A model generated the notes under the pieces. It made no database searches. It was not told where the DNA came from and worked only from the letters and a program-made list of their open reading frames with translations. A stretch of 64,000 nucleotides of DNA. Source: an uncultured Gammaproteobacteria bacterium. GTDB lineage: Bacteria; Patescibacteriota; Microgenomatia; UBA8517. This document shows, piece after piece, positions 22,404-32,375 of the stretch (position 1 is its first letter; the number at the start of each line of letters is the position of its first letter). The position numbers and the translations under genes are program-made. Location: positions 385,488 through 449,487 of the forward strand of contig OZ246419.1 in assembly GCA_965231135.1 (NCBI GenBank), given 5' to 3'.

Positions 22404-23283
22404 TCTATCTACGAAGACGAAGTATTCCGCAGACAAATTTGATTTGTCTATTATTATTGTAAATTTTCATACTGAAGAATTAACGTTAGATTGTATTGAT
22501 TCTGTTATTAAGAATACCAGGGGAATTAAATACGAAATTATTTTGGTTGATAGTGAGACAACTGGAAAAATAAAGATTTCAAAAAATTTTAAACTAATTA
22601 AAAGCAAAACTAATTTAGGGTTTACTGGAGGAAATAATTTGGGAATGAAAGACGCTAAAGGGAAATATATATTGCTTCTTAATTCAGATACCCTAATTCA
22701 TGATAATGTCTTGGGAGAAATGGTTTTGTGGATGAACGGAAATCCAAAAATTGGAATTTCAACATGTGCTTTGAAAAACAAAAACGGAAGTTTGCAAACA
22801 ACTGGTGGATATTTTCCAACTTTACTTAGAGTTTTTTCCTGGATGATAATACAGGATTTACCTTTTGTTGATAATTTTATAAAACCATTTCATCCAAAAA
22901 TAAATTTTTATAATGGAGAAAAGGAACTTGATTGGGTAACTGGTGCATTTTTACTTACTAGAAAGGAAATTGTTGATGAAGTTGGTTCTTTAGATGAAAA
23001 ATATTTTATGTATGTTGAGGATGTGGATTTTTGTTATCGAGTGAAACAAAAAGGCTTCCAAATTATCTATAATCCAAAATGGTCAATAACTCATTTTGGG
23101 GGAGCAAGCAGTGTAAAAGCATTTCCTCTTATTTCTGAAATGAAAAATATTAAAAAGTTTTATGAAAAATTTTACCCAAGCTGGCAACAACTGCCTCTTA
23201 AAATTTTGCTAAAATTAGGATGCCTTTGGAGATTATTTTTAATAAGCCCAAAAATATATGCAAAAGCTTTTATTGAAATTTAA
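22390..23283 (+). CDS. GT2 glycosyltransferase (WbbL/rhamnosyltransferase-like)
   Basis: DLSIIIVN, NLGF.GGNN, LLNSDT, WVTGA, YVEDVD. Confidence 0.85.
   Translation: MNMPDLSTKTKYSADKFDLSIIIVNFHTEELTLDCIDSVIKNTRGIKYEIILVDSETTGKIKISKNFKLIKSKTNLGFTGGNNLGMKDAKGKYILLLNSDTLIHDNVLGEMVLWMNGNPKIGISTCALKNKNGSLQTTGGYFPTLLRVFSWMIIQDLPFVDNFIKPFHPKINFYNGEKELDWVTGAFLLTRKEIVDEVGSLDEKYFMYVEDVDFCYRVKQKGFQIIYNPKWSITHFGGASSVKAFPLISEMKNIKKFYEKFYPSWQQLPLKILLKLGCLWRLFLISPKIYAKAFIEI
22401..22450. repeat. 39-bp in-frame segment flanked by an imperfect 11-bp direct repeat at the GT2 N-terminus
   Basis: TGATCTATCTA (22401) and TGATTTGTCTA (22440), 9/11 identical, both encoding DLS; internal CGAAGACGAAG. Confidence 0.45.
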
Positions 23284-24598
23284 AATTGATACATTGTTAA
23301 AATACGGGATCGCTGCAATTTTGATTGCAGTCCCGCTTTATCCAAAATTTCCTTTTATAAATGTCCCTGGAATTTATGTTTCAATTCGCATTGAAGACTT
23401 CCTGATTTTAGTTGTTACTGTGCTTTGGTTTTTAAAAACCTTACCCAATCTTTTTTCTTTATACAAAAATCCAGTTGTAAGAGCAATTATTTTATTTTTG
23501 GCTACAGGATTTTTGGCAACACTTCTTGGCGTTGTATTTTTAAACACCGCAACTGCTTTGGTTGGATTTTTAGAATGGGCGAGAAGAGTTGAATACTTGC
23601 TTGGCTTTTTTATTGCATTTACAACTTTAAAATCAATAAAAGATTTGGAATTTTATATGAAATGTATTGGAATAGTTTTGGCAATTGTTTTTGTTGTTGG
23701 CCTTGCTCAAAAATATTTTAATTTCCCAGTTATTACTACACAAAACAGTGAATATTCAAAAGGAATTGCTTTAAGATATGTTCCTGGTACACAACTTGTT
23801 TCAACTTTTGCAGGGCACTATGACTTGGCAAGTTATATTTTAATTACAAGCCCGATACTTCTTGGAATATTTTTTGTAGTTAAGAAAAATTGGCAGAAGA
23901 TAATTGTGTTTTTGCTTATTGCAACTTCTTTTTGGCTCATGATAAATGCGGCAAGCAGAATTACAGCTGTTGCTTATGTACTTGCGATGTCGATCACTTT
24001 AGTGGTGCTTCGAAAAACTAAATATATATTAATAATAGTTGTTGCGACAATTGTTTTTGCATTTGCCACAAGCAATTTGTTTGATAGGTATTTAAATATT
24101 TTTAACGCAATAAAAGATAGACTTAGTGATTTAATAATTAGACCTGTTTATGCACAAGGAGAAGTTTTAAGCGCGCAAGCGCCAGTACAGGACTTATCAA
24201 CCTCTATAAGGCTAAATGTTGAATGGCCTCGTGCTATTCGAGCTTTTTTGAAAGATCCGCTTTTGGGAACAGGATATGCATCTGCAACTCTTGCAACTGA
24301 TAATGATTATTTGCGTGCGCTTGCGGAAACAGGAGCACTTGGGGCAATAACTTTTTTTGTTGTTTTTTTTAGAATTACAAAAGATTTAATTATGAAATCC
24401 TGGCCAAAGGGAATTCTAAGCAAAAAGCAAATCAACTTCCGAACTGCATATTTGGCTGGAGTAATTGGTATAATTCCTGCAGTTTTACTAAACGCAGTTT
24501 TTATTGATATTTTTGAAGCGAGTAAATTTGCGATTCCGTTTTGGTTTTTGATTGGATTTGCGATGGCAATTTTATACAATGCGAAAAACTTTGAATAA
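23258..24598 (+). CDS. O-antigen ligase/polymerase family (WaaL/Wzy-like) protein
   Basis: About 12 TM; ASR, S..IR...W..A...F...PLLGTG, DNDYL..LAETGALG motifs. Confidence 0.8.
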   Translation: MQKLLLKFKIDTLLKYGIAAILIAVPLYPKFPFINVPGIYVSIRIEDFLILVVTVLWFLKTLPNLFSLYKNPVVRAIILFLATGFLATLLGVVFLNTATALVGFLEWARRVEYLLGFFIAFTTLKSIKDLEFYMKCIGIVLAIVFVVGLAQKYFNFPVITTQNSEYSKGIALRYVPGTQLVSTFAGHYDLASYILITSPILLGIFFVVKKNWQKIIVFLLIATSFWLMINAASRITAVAYVLAMSITLVVLRKTKYILIIVVATIVFAFATSNLFDRYLNIFNAIKDRLSDLIIRPVYAQGEVLSAQAPVQDLSTSIRLNVEWPRAIRAFLKDPLLGTGYASATLATDNDYLRALAETGALGAITFFVVFFRITKDLIMKSWPKGILSKKQINFRTAYLAGVIGIIPAVLLNAVFIDIFEASKFAIPFWFLIGFAMAILYNAKNFE

Positions 24599-26054
24599 AT
24601 TATTAAAAATTGGCGATTCGAGAATAATTGAAGTAGCGTGTTTACTTCTTATTCTTATTGGAGCATTTGGAGTAAGACTTTATAAAATAGACAATCCTCT
24701 TGATGATTGGCACTCATGGAGACAAGCTGACACGGTTTCTGTTTCTCAGGTTTATGTAGATCAGGGGATAAATTTATTAAAACCCAGATATTATGATATT
24801 TCATCGACACAAACAGGTTATTTTAATCCACAAGGATTAAGGTTTGTAGAATTTCCAATTTATAACTTAATAAATGTTGTTTTATTTGAAACACTGCATC
24901 ACTTTTCTTTGGAAGTTTGGGCGAGACTTATTTCCGTAGTTAGCGCGGTTGGATCCAGTTTTTTTATTTATTTAATCGGAAAAAGATTTTTGGGAAAACT
25001 GGGAGGACTTGCATCGGCATTTTTTTATGCATTTATTCCATATAATATTTATTTCACTCGCGTAATTTTGCCCGAGCCGATGGCGGTTTTTGTAACACTT
25101 GCTTCACTCTGGTTTTTCATGATCTTCTTAGATCACAAGAAAAATTATTTATTTTTCTTATTGTTGTCTGCGATATTTTTAGCAATTGGAATGCTTTTGA
25201 AACCGTTTGTTGCATTTTACTTTCCGGTTTATTTGTATTTATTAATTAAAAAACATGGACTGAAAGTTTTTTGGACAAATGTTTGGATTTATATTTATCT
25301 GGCATTAGCGTTAGTTCCATTTTTTCTTTGGAGAGCCTGGATGGATAGCGGTACCAATTTTATAGGAATTCCCTTTTTCGTCTGGCTATTAAACGGAAAT
25401 GGAATTCGTTTTAGACCTGCATGGTTCCGGTGGATTTTTGGAACAAGATTAGGAGATTTAATTTTGGGAGTTTGGGGATTGCCGCTTTTCGCCTTCGGCG
25501 TCCTGAAGCGCAAAAATTTGCCAATAATTTTGATGGCGACTGGAATGCTTCTTTATGTTGCTGTTGTAGCCGATGGGAATGTGCAGCATGATTATTACCA
25601 AACGCAAACTATTCCAGCAATTTGTTTGATGCTTGCTTCAGGAATTGTGTTTTTGTTTGAACAGAAATTTAACAAATTAGTTGTTGCTGGATTTGTTGGA
25701 TTTTGTACTTTGATGATGCTAGGGATGGGATGGTTTGGAATTTCTGGAGATTATCAAATTAACCATTATGAAATTATTGTTGCAGGGATGGAAGCAAATA
25801 AAATTTTGCCCAAAAATGCAAAAGTAATTGCTCCATATAACGGAGACACGACTTTTCTTTATCAGACAAAAAGATTTGGTTGGCCAGTAGTTGACGATGA
25901 TATTAAAAATATGATTAAAGACGGGGCAGACTATTATATAAGCGTAAATTACGATAATGATACAAATAATTTGTTGAAGCAATATAAAGCAATTGAGCAA
26001 AATCCAACTTTTGTGATTATTGATTTACATCAACTAATACAGAGAAATAAATAA
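24579..26054 (+). CDS. GT-C glycosyltransferase (ArnT/PMT_2-like)
   Basis: HSWRQADT, EFPIY, LPEP, LLKP, HDYY motifs; polytopic. Confidence 0.8.
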   Translation: MRKTLNKLLKIGDSRIIEVACLLLILIGAFGVRLYKIDNPLDDWHSWRQADTVSVSQVYVDQGINLLKPRYYDISSTQTGYFNPQGLRFVEFPIYNLINVVLFETLHHFSLEVWARLISVVSAVGSSFFIYLIGKRFLGKLGGLASAFFYAFIPYNIYFTRVILPEPMAVFVTLASLWFFMIFLDHKKNYLFFLLLSAIFLAIGMLLKPFVAFYFPVYLYLLIKKHGLKVFWTNVWIYIYLALALVPFFLWRAWMDSGTNFIGIPFFVWLLNGNGIRFRPAWFRWIFGTRLGDLILGVWGLPLFAFGVLKRKNLPIILMATGMLLYVAVVADGNVQHDYYQTQTIPAICLMLASGIVFLFEQKFNKLVVAGFVGFCTLMMLGMGWFGISGDYQINHYEIIVAGMEANKILPKNAKVIAPYNGDTTFLYQTKRFGWPVVDDDIKNMIKDGADYYISVNYDNDTNNLLKQYKAIEQNPTFVIIDLHQLIQRNK

Positions 26055-26064
26055 TTGTTATTTT

Positions 26065-26592
26065 TTACTTCTGAAGTTTCTTTATACGTTCTTGTTGATC
26101 TAAAACACGTACTGCTGCTAATCTATGTTCTACTTCTAATCCTTTTAATTTCGACTCATACATAAATAACGCAATATAGTGTGCTTCAAGCGGTATTTCT
26201 GATAACATTTGTTCCATTTGGTTTATGGACTCGGACATTGTAGTTATTTCATTTGCTGGTTTTTGATTAATAATTGCATAATCTCTATTTGCCTTTGCCT
26301 TTTGTAAACTTTCTAAAGATTGATATGTGTGTATACCAAGCATAATTTTACGTTCTCTTTCTGCTTTTTCTTGATCGTTTTTGTTTGAGTAAGAGTTTAA
26401 TAACTCCTCGTGATATTGTAGAGGATAACTTAATACAGCAGCCAGTGCTTCATCAAAGTCGCGACCTGATGGTTCGATTGGTCTTGTTCGATGATTTTTT
26501 TGTGCAGCAGCTAAATCATCGGGATAAGAAGCTTTTTCATCTTGAAGTCTCCATAAATGTTCTGCATGTCTTCGGAGGTATTCTTGTGCCAT
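26065..26592 (-). CDS. Hypothetical protein (helical ORFan), antisense within the glycan operon
   Basis: 175-aa ORF filling the gap; preceded by TTGACA-16-TATAAT 7 nt upstream of the ATG. Confidence 0.65.
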   Translation of the reverse strand: MAQEYLRRHAEHLWRLQDEKASYPDDLAAAQKNHRTRPIEPSGRDFDEALAAVLSYPLQYHEELLNSYSNKNDQEKAERERKIMLGIHTYQSLESLQKAKANRDYAIINQKPANEITTMSESINQMEQMLSEIPLEAHYIALFMYESKLKGLEVEHRLAAVRVLDQQERIKKLQK

Positions 26593-26645
26593 ATTTCATA
26601 TTATAAGACACTTTTTGTAATTGTCAATTTGATATACTTAAGTTA
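26593..26645. promoter_or_regulatory. Divergent sigma70-type promoters, both leaderless-type
   Basis: Minus strand: TTGACA (26627-22), 16 nt, TATAAT (26605-00), 7 nt, ATG. Plus strand: TGaTATACT (26630-38), 7 nt, ATG 26646. Confidence 0.7.
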
Positions 26646-27836
26646 ATGAAGATATTAATGCTAGTGCCGTTTTTGCCCAATACTGAAACTTCAGGTGGGC
26701 AGACGAGATGGTATAACATTGTAAAATTTTTAAGTGAAAAACATGAGATTACTTTATTTTCTTTAATAAAAGATGAAAGTGAGCGCAAATATATTCCTGA
26801 ACTTCTTAAGTATTGTAAAAAAGTGGAAGTATTTTCTCGCCCAAAATCTCCTTGGACTTTTCGCAATTTATTTTTAAGTATTTTTTCTCCATTTCCGCTT
26901 CTTTTAATTCGTAATTTCTCATTTGCTGAAAGATCAGCTGTTGCAAAAGAACTTCAAGATGGAAATTATGATTTGATTCATGCTGAAGCTTTTTATGTTA
27001 TGCCGCATATTCCTAAAACTTCAACTCCTTCAATTCAAGTTGAGCAAACAATTTGGCATAAAGTATACGAGCATCATGTAAAAACGGAAGTAAACTCACT
27101 ACTCAGGCCGTTTTTTATGATTGATGTTTACAAGTTAAAATTTTGGGAAATATATTTTTGGAAAAAGGCTACGAAACTTTTAACAGTTTCGCCTGATGAT
27201 AAAATAATTATGGAAAAATTAATTCCTGGAACAATAGTTGATGTCATTCCAAACGGAGTTGATGCAAAATATTACTCAGACAAAAAAGTGGAGAAAAAAA
27301 TTCCTCAAAGAGTGATGTACGGCGTTACTAACTTTGAATGGTTGCAAAACCGTGAAGCTGCTGAGACATTAATAAATAATGTCTGGCCAAAAATACATGA
27401 AAAATATGATAATGCGAAACTTTGGATTGTTGGGAGATTGATTCCCAAGTCAATTTCTGAAAATAGTGACATTGAAGTTACGGAATCAATTCCTGATGCA
27501 AGGGACGCTTATTTATCTGCGAGCATTATGGTTGCTCCAATTCGGGGAAGCGGGGGAACACGACTTAAAATATTAGAGGCAATGGCTGCCGGGTTGCCGG
27601 TTGTATCAACAAGTATTGGAGTGGCAGGGCTTAACTTAATAAATAATAAACATGCGATAATAGTTGATAGCAACGAAGGACTTGCAAAAGAAGCGGTAAG
27701 ATTACTTAACGATAAAAATTTAAGAAATAAAATTGGAAAAGCTGGACAAGAATTTGTACGCAAAAATTATGACTGGAAATCTATAGTAAAATTACATGAG
27801 CCAATCTATGCAGAAATTGTCAATCGTCATTCTTAA
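26646..27836 (+). CDS. GT4 glycosyltransferase
   Basis: SGGQTR, IPNGVD, GGTRLKILEAMAAGLPVVST. Confidence 0.9.
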   Translation: MKILMLVPFLPNTETSGGQTRWYNIVKFLSEKHEITLFSLIKDESERKYIPELLKYCKKVEVFSRPKSPWTFRNLFLSIFSPFPLLLIRNFSFAERSAVAKELQDGNYDLIHAEAFYVMPHIPKTSTPSIQVEQTIWHKVYEHHVKTEVNSLLRPFFMIDVYKLKFWEIYFWKKATKLLTVSPDDKIIMEKLIPGTIVDVIPNGVDAKYYSDKKVEKKIPQRVMYGVTNFEWLQNREAAETLINNVWPKIHEKYDNAKLWIVGRLIPKSISENSDIEVTESIPDARDAYLSASIMVAPIRGSGGTRLKILEAMAAGLPVVSTSIGVAGLNLINNKHAIIVDSNEGLAKEAVRLLNDKNLRNKIGKAGQEFVRKNYDWKSIVKLHEPIYAEIVNRHS

Positions 27837-28656
27837 TTTTAATACAAAAGAATTAACTCAAAAGTGTGTTGATTCTATTATCGGAAACACTAAGGGAATT
27901 AGTTATGAAATTGTTGTTGTAGATAATGGTAGTGATGAAAAAATTCCTAAATCCAAAAATTACAAATTGATTGAAAGCAATATTAATTTGGGATTTGCTG
28001 GAGGAAATAACCTTGCAAGGAATTATGTGAAAGGTGAATATGTTTTGTTTTTAAATTCTGACACAGAAGTTTACAAAGATAGCATAAGTGAGTGTTTAAA
28101 ATATTTTGAATTACATGACGAAATTGGAGCGCTTACCTGTAAAACTGTTTTACCAAACGGAAAACCTGACCGTGATGCAAGGAGAAGTTTCCCGACGCCA
28201 TTTGTTGCACTTACACATTTCAGTGGTTTAGACAAAGTTTTTCCAAAATCTAAAATCTTTGCAAAATACTGGTATGGATATAAATCTCCTGATGAAATTC
28301 AGGAAGTTGATGCAATTCAAGGAGCATTCTTTTTAGTAAAAAAAGAAACTTTGGACAAAGTTGATTGGTTTAGCGAGGAATATTTTTTAGATGGAGAGGA
28401 TATTGATTTAAGTTTTAAAATTAAATCTTTAGGGAAAGAAATAATTTATTATCCAAAAGTTTCAATACTTCATATTAAAAAAGCTTCTAAGAAAAAAAGA
28501 TCTTTAAAATCAAAAATGGCTGGCGTAAATTCTATGGAGATTTTTTATAAAAAGTTTTTATGGCAAAGATATGATTTAATTTTAAATTTAATTGTAGTTT
28601 TTGCTATTTATTTACTCAAAACTTTGAGATTTGGAAAAGCAATAATTGGAAGATGA
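27808..28656 (+). CDS. GT2 glycosyltransferase (WbbL-like)
   Basis: LSIVILNFN, VDNGS, NLGFAGGNN, FLNSDT, GEDID. Confidence 0.85.
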   Translation: MQKLSIVILNFNTKELTQKCVDSIIGNTKGISYEIVVVDNGSDEKIPKSKNYKLIESNINLGFAGGNNLARNYVKGEYVLFLNSDTEVYKDSISECLKYFELHDEIGALTCKTVLPNGKPDRDARRSFPTPFVALTHFSGLDKVFPKSKIFAKYWYGYKSPDEIQEVDAIQGAFFLVKKETLDKVDWFSEEYFLDGEDIDLSFKIKSLGKEIIYYPKVSILHIKKASKKKRSLKSKMAGVNSMEIFYKKFLWQRYDLILNLIVVFAIYLLKTLRFGKAIIGR

Positions 28657-28657
28657 T

Positions 28658-29794
28658 ATGAGAATTCTAATAGATGCTAGATTTTACGGACTTGAAAATG
28701 CAGGACTTGGAAGATATACAATTAATTTATTAGAGCAGTTACAAAGATTAGACAAAACAAATCAATACATTATTTTACTTCGAAAAAAATATTTTGATAA
28801 TTTAAATTTTAATAAAAATTTTGAAAAAGTAATTGTAGATATTCCCCATTATTCATTAAAAGAACACTTGGAATTATCAAAAATTATTGAAAAACAAAAT
28901 CCGGATTTGGTCCATTTTTTGCATTTTAATGCGCCACTTAATTTTAATGGGAAATTTATTGTGACGATTCATGATATGACTATGCATTCTCAAAAAACTA
29001 ATGCCAGTAATTTATCCTTGCCAAAATATTTTGTAAAACATTTTATTTATAAAAAAGTTTTTAATCATGCAATTAAATCCTCTGAAAAAATAATTGTCCC
29101 AAGTGAGTTTGTAAAAGATGAATTAATTAAGAATTTTAAAATTGAGAAAACGAAAGTGAAAGTTATTTATGAAGGTATTTCACAATTAAGCTCACACAAA
29201 AATTTTGAAAATCTTCGGATCTCGACTTCGTCGCCAGATTTATCAAAATTTTCTTCCGTTCGCTTAGATAAACTTTATTTTTTATATGTTGGGAATGTGT
29301 ATCCTCACAAAAATTTGGAAATTGCGATAAAAGCTTTTGCCAATATGAAAATTAATTTTATTATTGTTACAAAGAAAAATAATTTCAGGGTAAGACTTGA
29401 AAAATTAGTGGATAAATTAAATGCTCAAAAATATATTTTATTTTTAGAGAATATGACAGATGAAAATTTAAAAGAATTGTATGAAAAATCTGTTGGATTT
29501 ATTTACCCAAGTTTGTCAGAAGGGTTCGGACTTCAAGGGCTAGAAGCGATGAACGTTGGAACTATTTTGCTATGTTCGTCGATTCCTGTTTTTAGAGAAA
29601 TTTACGGAAATCATGCAGTTTATTTTGATCCTGTTGATCAGAAATCAATCGAGAATGCAATAGAGCAAACAATGAAATTAACAAAACAAAACGCAGAAAA
29701 AATGATAAGAGAAAACAAAAAGTTTATAACGAGATATTCCTGGGAAAAGATGGCAAAGGAAACTTTGGAAGTTTACGAACAGTATGATAATTAA
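28658..29794 (+). CDS. GT4 glycosyltransferase containing an in-frame palindromic element
   Basis: MRILIDAR, TIHD, YPHKN, PSLSEGFG..GLEAM. Confidence 0.85.
   Translation: MRILIDARFYGLENAGLGRYTINLLEQLQRLDKTNQYIILLRKKYFDNLNFNKNFEKVIVDIPHYSLKEHLELSKIIEKQNPDLVHFLHFNAPLNFNGKFIVTIHDMTMHSQKTNASNLSLPKYFVKHFIYKKVFNHAIKSSEKIIVPSEFVKDELIKNFKIEKTKVKVIYEGISQLSSHKNFENLRISTSSPDLSKFSSVRLDKLYFLYVGNVYPHKNLEIAIKAFANMKINFIIVTKKNNFRVRLEKLVDKLNAQKYILFLENMTDENLKELYEKSVGFIYPSLSEGFGLQGLEAMNVGTILLCSSIPVFREIYGNHAVYFDPVDQKSIENAIEQTMKLTKQNAEKMIRENKKFITRYSWEKMAKETLEVYEQYDN
29187..29266. repeat. 80-bp imperfect palindrome (MITE/REP-like) within the GT4 coding sequence
   Basis: Nested arms TAAGC/GCTTA, AAAATTTTGA/TCAAAATTTT, AAATCT/AGATTT, apical CGAC-TTC-GTCG; TA at both ends, 78 bp apart. 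Confidence 0.7.
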
Positions 29795-30192
29795 ATGTAG
29801 GTTAATTTTAAATTTGGAACGCTACTTGGTATAAAAATGTTTGCTGCTTTTTGTGCCAGGAATTTTTCTAAAGGAAGTGTTCCGTATAAAAGTGACGAAT
29901 CATCGGCATTTGGTACTGCAATTGAAGTTTGCATGTAATCTGCAAATCTTTGCTGAATTATTTTTTTTCGAGAGGGATCGATTACAATAGTTGGAATTTC
30001 ATTTAGATCAATATCACAAAGAGTAACATGATAGCTGAATCCTCTTGGACACTCTCTGCAAAAAGATTTTTTAAACTCGGCTTTGTTATAAAGTCTAAAA
30101 TTTCCAGATCCGCTAATTAATACTAATATATAGCTTGGTAATTGTAGATCTGGATTTTTTATAAAATTTAAAATGTTTTGTTCGCACGACAT
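29791..30192 (-). CDS. Hypothetical protein (ORFan, CxxC motif), antisense
   Basis: ATG 30192 has TATAAT 6 nt upstream; CREC motif; stop shares TTAA with the convergent GT4. Confidence 0.55.
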   Translation of the reverse strand: MSCEQNILNFIKNPDLQLPSYILVLISGSGNFRLYNKAEFKKSFCRECPRGFSYHVTLCDIDLNEIPTIVIDPSRKKIIQQRFADYMQTSIAVPNADDSSLLYGTLPLEKFLAQKAANIFIPSSVPNLKLTYI

Positions 30193-30222
30193 AGGAATAT
30201 TATAGTATAGTATGGCTTCTAG

Positions 30223-31275
30223 ATGAAAATTGCTGTTGTTTATGATCGAGTAAATAAATTTGGAGGAGCGGAGAGAGTTTTGCTTGCTCTTCATGAAATT
30301 TTTCCAAAAGCACCTCTTTATACGTCGCTATATTCGCCTGATGGCGCTAAATGGGCGGAAATTTTTCCTGAAATTAAAACTAGTTTTTTAAATAAAATAA
30401 AATTTTTAAGAGACAAACACGAGTTTCTTGCACCGATTATGCCATTTGTTTTTGAAAGATTTGATTTTAGCGAATATGATTTAGTAATTTCAGTTACAAG
30501 TGAATTTGCAAAGAATGTTACGGCAAAAAAACATATTTGTTATTGTTTGACGCCGACTCGATATTTATGGAGCCATTATGAAGAGTATTTTGGAAATCAA
30601 ACTGTTCGTGAATTATTAAAACCTTTAATTTTATTTTTAAAAGATAAGGACTTGGAAGCTGCAAAAAAGCCGAAAGAAATAATTGCAATTTCAACTGAGG
30701 TACAAAAAAGAATTAAGAAATATTATAAAAGAGAAGCAAGAATTATTTTTCCGCCTGTAAATATTTATAAATATAATTATAAAAGTAAAAGTGAATATTA
30801 TCTTGTAGTAAGTAGATTGGTGAAATATAAGAAAGTGGATTTGGTTATTGAAGCATTTAATGAAATTAATAAACCTTTAATAATAATTGGAGTTGGACAC
30901 GAAGAAAAAAGATTAAAAAAACTTGCAAAGAAAAATATTTTTTTTGCAGGGCAAGTTGATGATAAGGAACTTGCAAAATATTATAAAAATGCAAAAGGAT
31001 TTATTTTTCCACAGGAGGAGGATTTTGGAATTACAGCAGTTGAAGCGCAAAGTTTTGGTGTTCCAATTATTGCATATAAAAAAGGAGGAAGTTTGGATAC
31101 TGTAAATAATAAAACTGGAATTTTTTTTGAAAAACAAACTAAAGAAGAATTAATAGAAGCTGTAAGAAAATTTGAAAAGAAGAAATTTAACAAGAGAGTT
31201 ATCCAAAGGAATTCTAAAAGATTTTCTAAAAAAAGATTTAAACAAGAGTTTTTGCAATTTGTGAAAGCCGTGTGA
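30223..31275 (+). CDS. GT4 glycosyltransferase (WbaZ/mannosyltransferase-like)
   Basis: GGAERV, YCLTPTRYLW, EEDFGITAVEAQ. Confidence 0.9.
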   Translation: MKIAVVYDRVNKFGGAERVLLALHEIFPKAPLYTSLYSPDGAKWAEIFPEIKTSFLNKIKFLRDKHEFLAPIMPFVFERFDFSEYDLVISVTSEFAKNVTAKKHICYCLTPTRYLWSHYEEYFGNQTVRELLKPLILFLKDKDLEAAKKPKEIIAISTEVQKRIKKYYKREARIIFPPVNIYKYNYKSKSEYYLVVSRLVKYKKVDLVIEAFNEINKPLIIIGVGHEEKRLKKLAKKNIFFAGQVDDKELAKYYKNAKGFIFPQEEDFGITAVEAQSFGVPIIAYKKGGSLDTVNNKTGIFFEKQTKEELIEAVRKFEKKKFNKRVIQRNSKRFSKKRFKQEFLQFVKAV

Positions 31276-31286
31276 TATCTTAAGTT

Positions 31287-32369
31287 ATGAAGGTTGTTAT
31301 TTTTTGTGGAGGCTATGGAACACGAATGTGGCCTGTTTCACGTAAAACTTCTCCAAAACAATTTTTTCCTTTAATTGGCGGAAAATCTTTTTATCAGATA
31401 ACAGTTGAACGATTTAAAAAAAGATTTAAAGCAGAAGATATTTTTGTTTCTACTGAGAGATCGTATGTTGATTTCGCTCGGGAGCAAGCTCCTGAAATCC
31501 CATTGGAAAATATTATTGGTGAGCCGGAAAGAAGGGATAATTTGGGAGCGATTGGGCTTGCGACCGCAATTATTCATAAAAAATTTCCCAATGAGGTTGT
31601 ATTTTTATCCTGGTGTGATCACGTAATTACAAAGGAAGATTTGTTTTTGGATGCAGTTATAGCTGCTGGAGAATATGCAACTGAAACTGGGAAACCTGTA
31701 TCGATCGATCAAGAACCGACTTTTCCAAGTACAAATAACGGATGGGTGAAATATGGAGCGACAATTGATGAATATAAAAAATATAGAATTGCAGAAATTG
31801 AAAAACATATTGAAAAACCAGATCTTGCTACAGCTAAGAAATTTTTTACCGGCAAAAATTATTTAATTCATACTGGATATGAAGTTTGGAGAACTGATAC
31901 ATTACTTGGTTATTACGAAAAGTATCAACCTGAAGTATATAAGGGTTTAATGAAAATAGTTGATAGTATGGATACAAAAATGTGGGAGACGGAGCTTTAC
32001 AGGGAATATCATAAATTTGAAAAAGTCTCGATTGATTACGGACTTTTTGAAAAAATACCAAGCAATCAAAGAGTCACAATTCCACTTGATTTTGGATGGC
32101 TCGACTCTGGAACATGGCAACTTTTTTATGAATCGTTTAGATCTGTCGAGAAACCAAATGTTATTGAAGGAGCCGATACAGAATTTATAGATTCAAACGA
32201 TAATTTAATAATTGGGAAGCCTGGAAAAGAAATTGCAGTAATTGGCTTATCAAATGTTGCAGTTATTGATACTGATGATGGGCTTTTGGTTGCCGACCTT
32301 AGCGCAACGCCTAAAGTTAAAGAATTGTTTACAAAACTGGAAAAAGAAAAACCTCAATACGTGGAATAA
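31287..32369 (+). CDS. manC: Mannose-1-phosphate guanylyltransferase
   Basis: GGYGTRMWPVSR...PKQF, EP.RRD, SIDYG, W.D.GTW, C-terminal beta-helix. Confidence 0.8.
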   Translation: MKVVIFCGGYGTRMWPVSRKTSPKQFFPLIGGKSFYQITVERFKKRFKAEDIFVSTERSYVDFAREQAPEIPLENIIGEPERRDNLGAIGLATAIIHKKFPNEVVFLSWCDHVITKEDLFLDAVIAAGEYATETGKPVSIDQEPTFPSTNNGWVKYGATIDEYKKYRIAEIEKHIEKPDLATAKKFFTGKNYLIHTGYEVWRTDTLLGYYEKYQPEVYKGLMKIVDSMDTKMWETELYREYHKFEKVSIDYGLFEKIPSNQRVTIPLDFGWLDSGTWQLFYESFRSVEKPNVIEGADTEFIDSNDNLIIGKPGKEIAVIGLSNVAVIDTDDGLLVADLSATPKVKELFTKLEKEKPQYVE

Positions 32370-32375
32370 ATTTAA

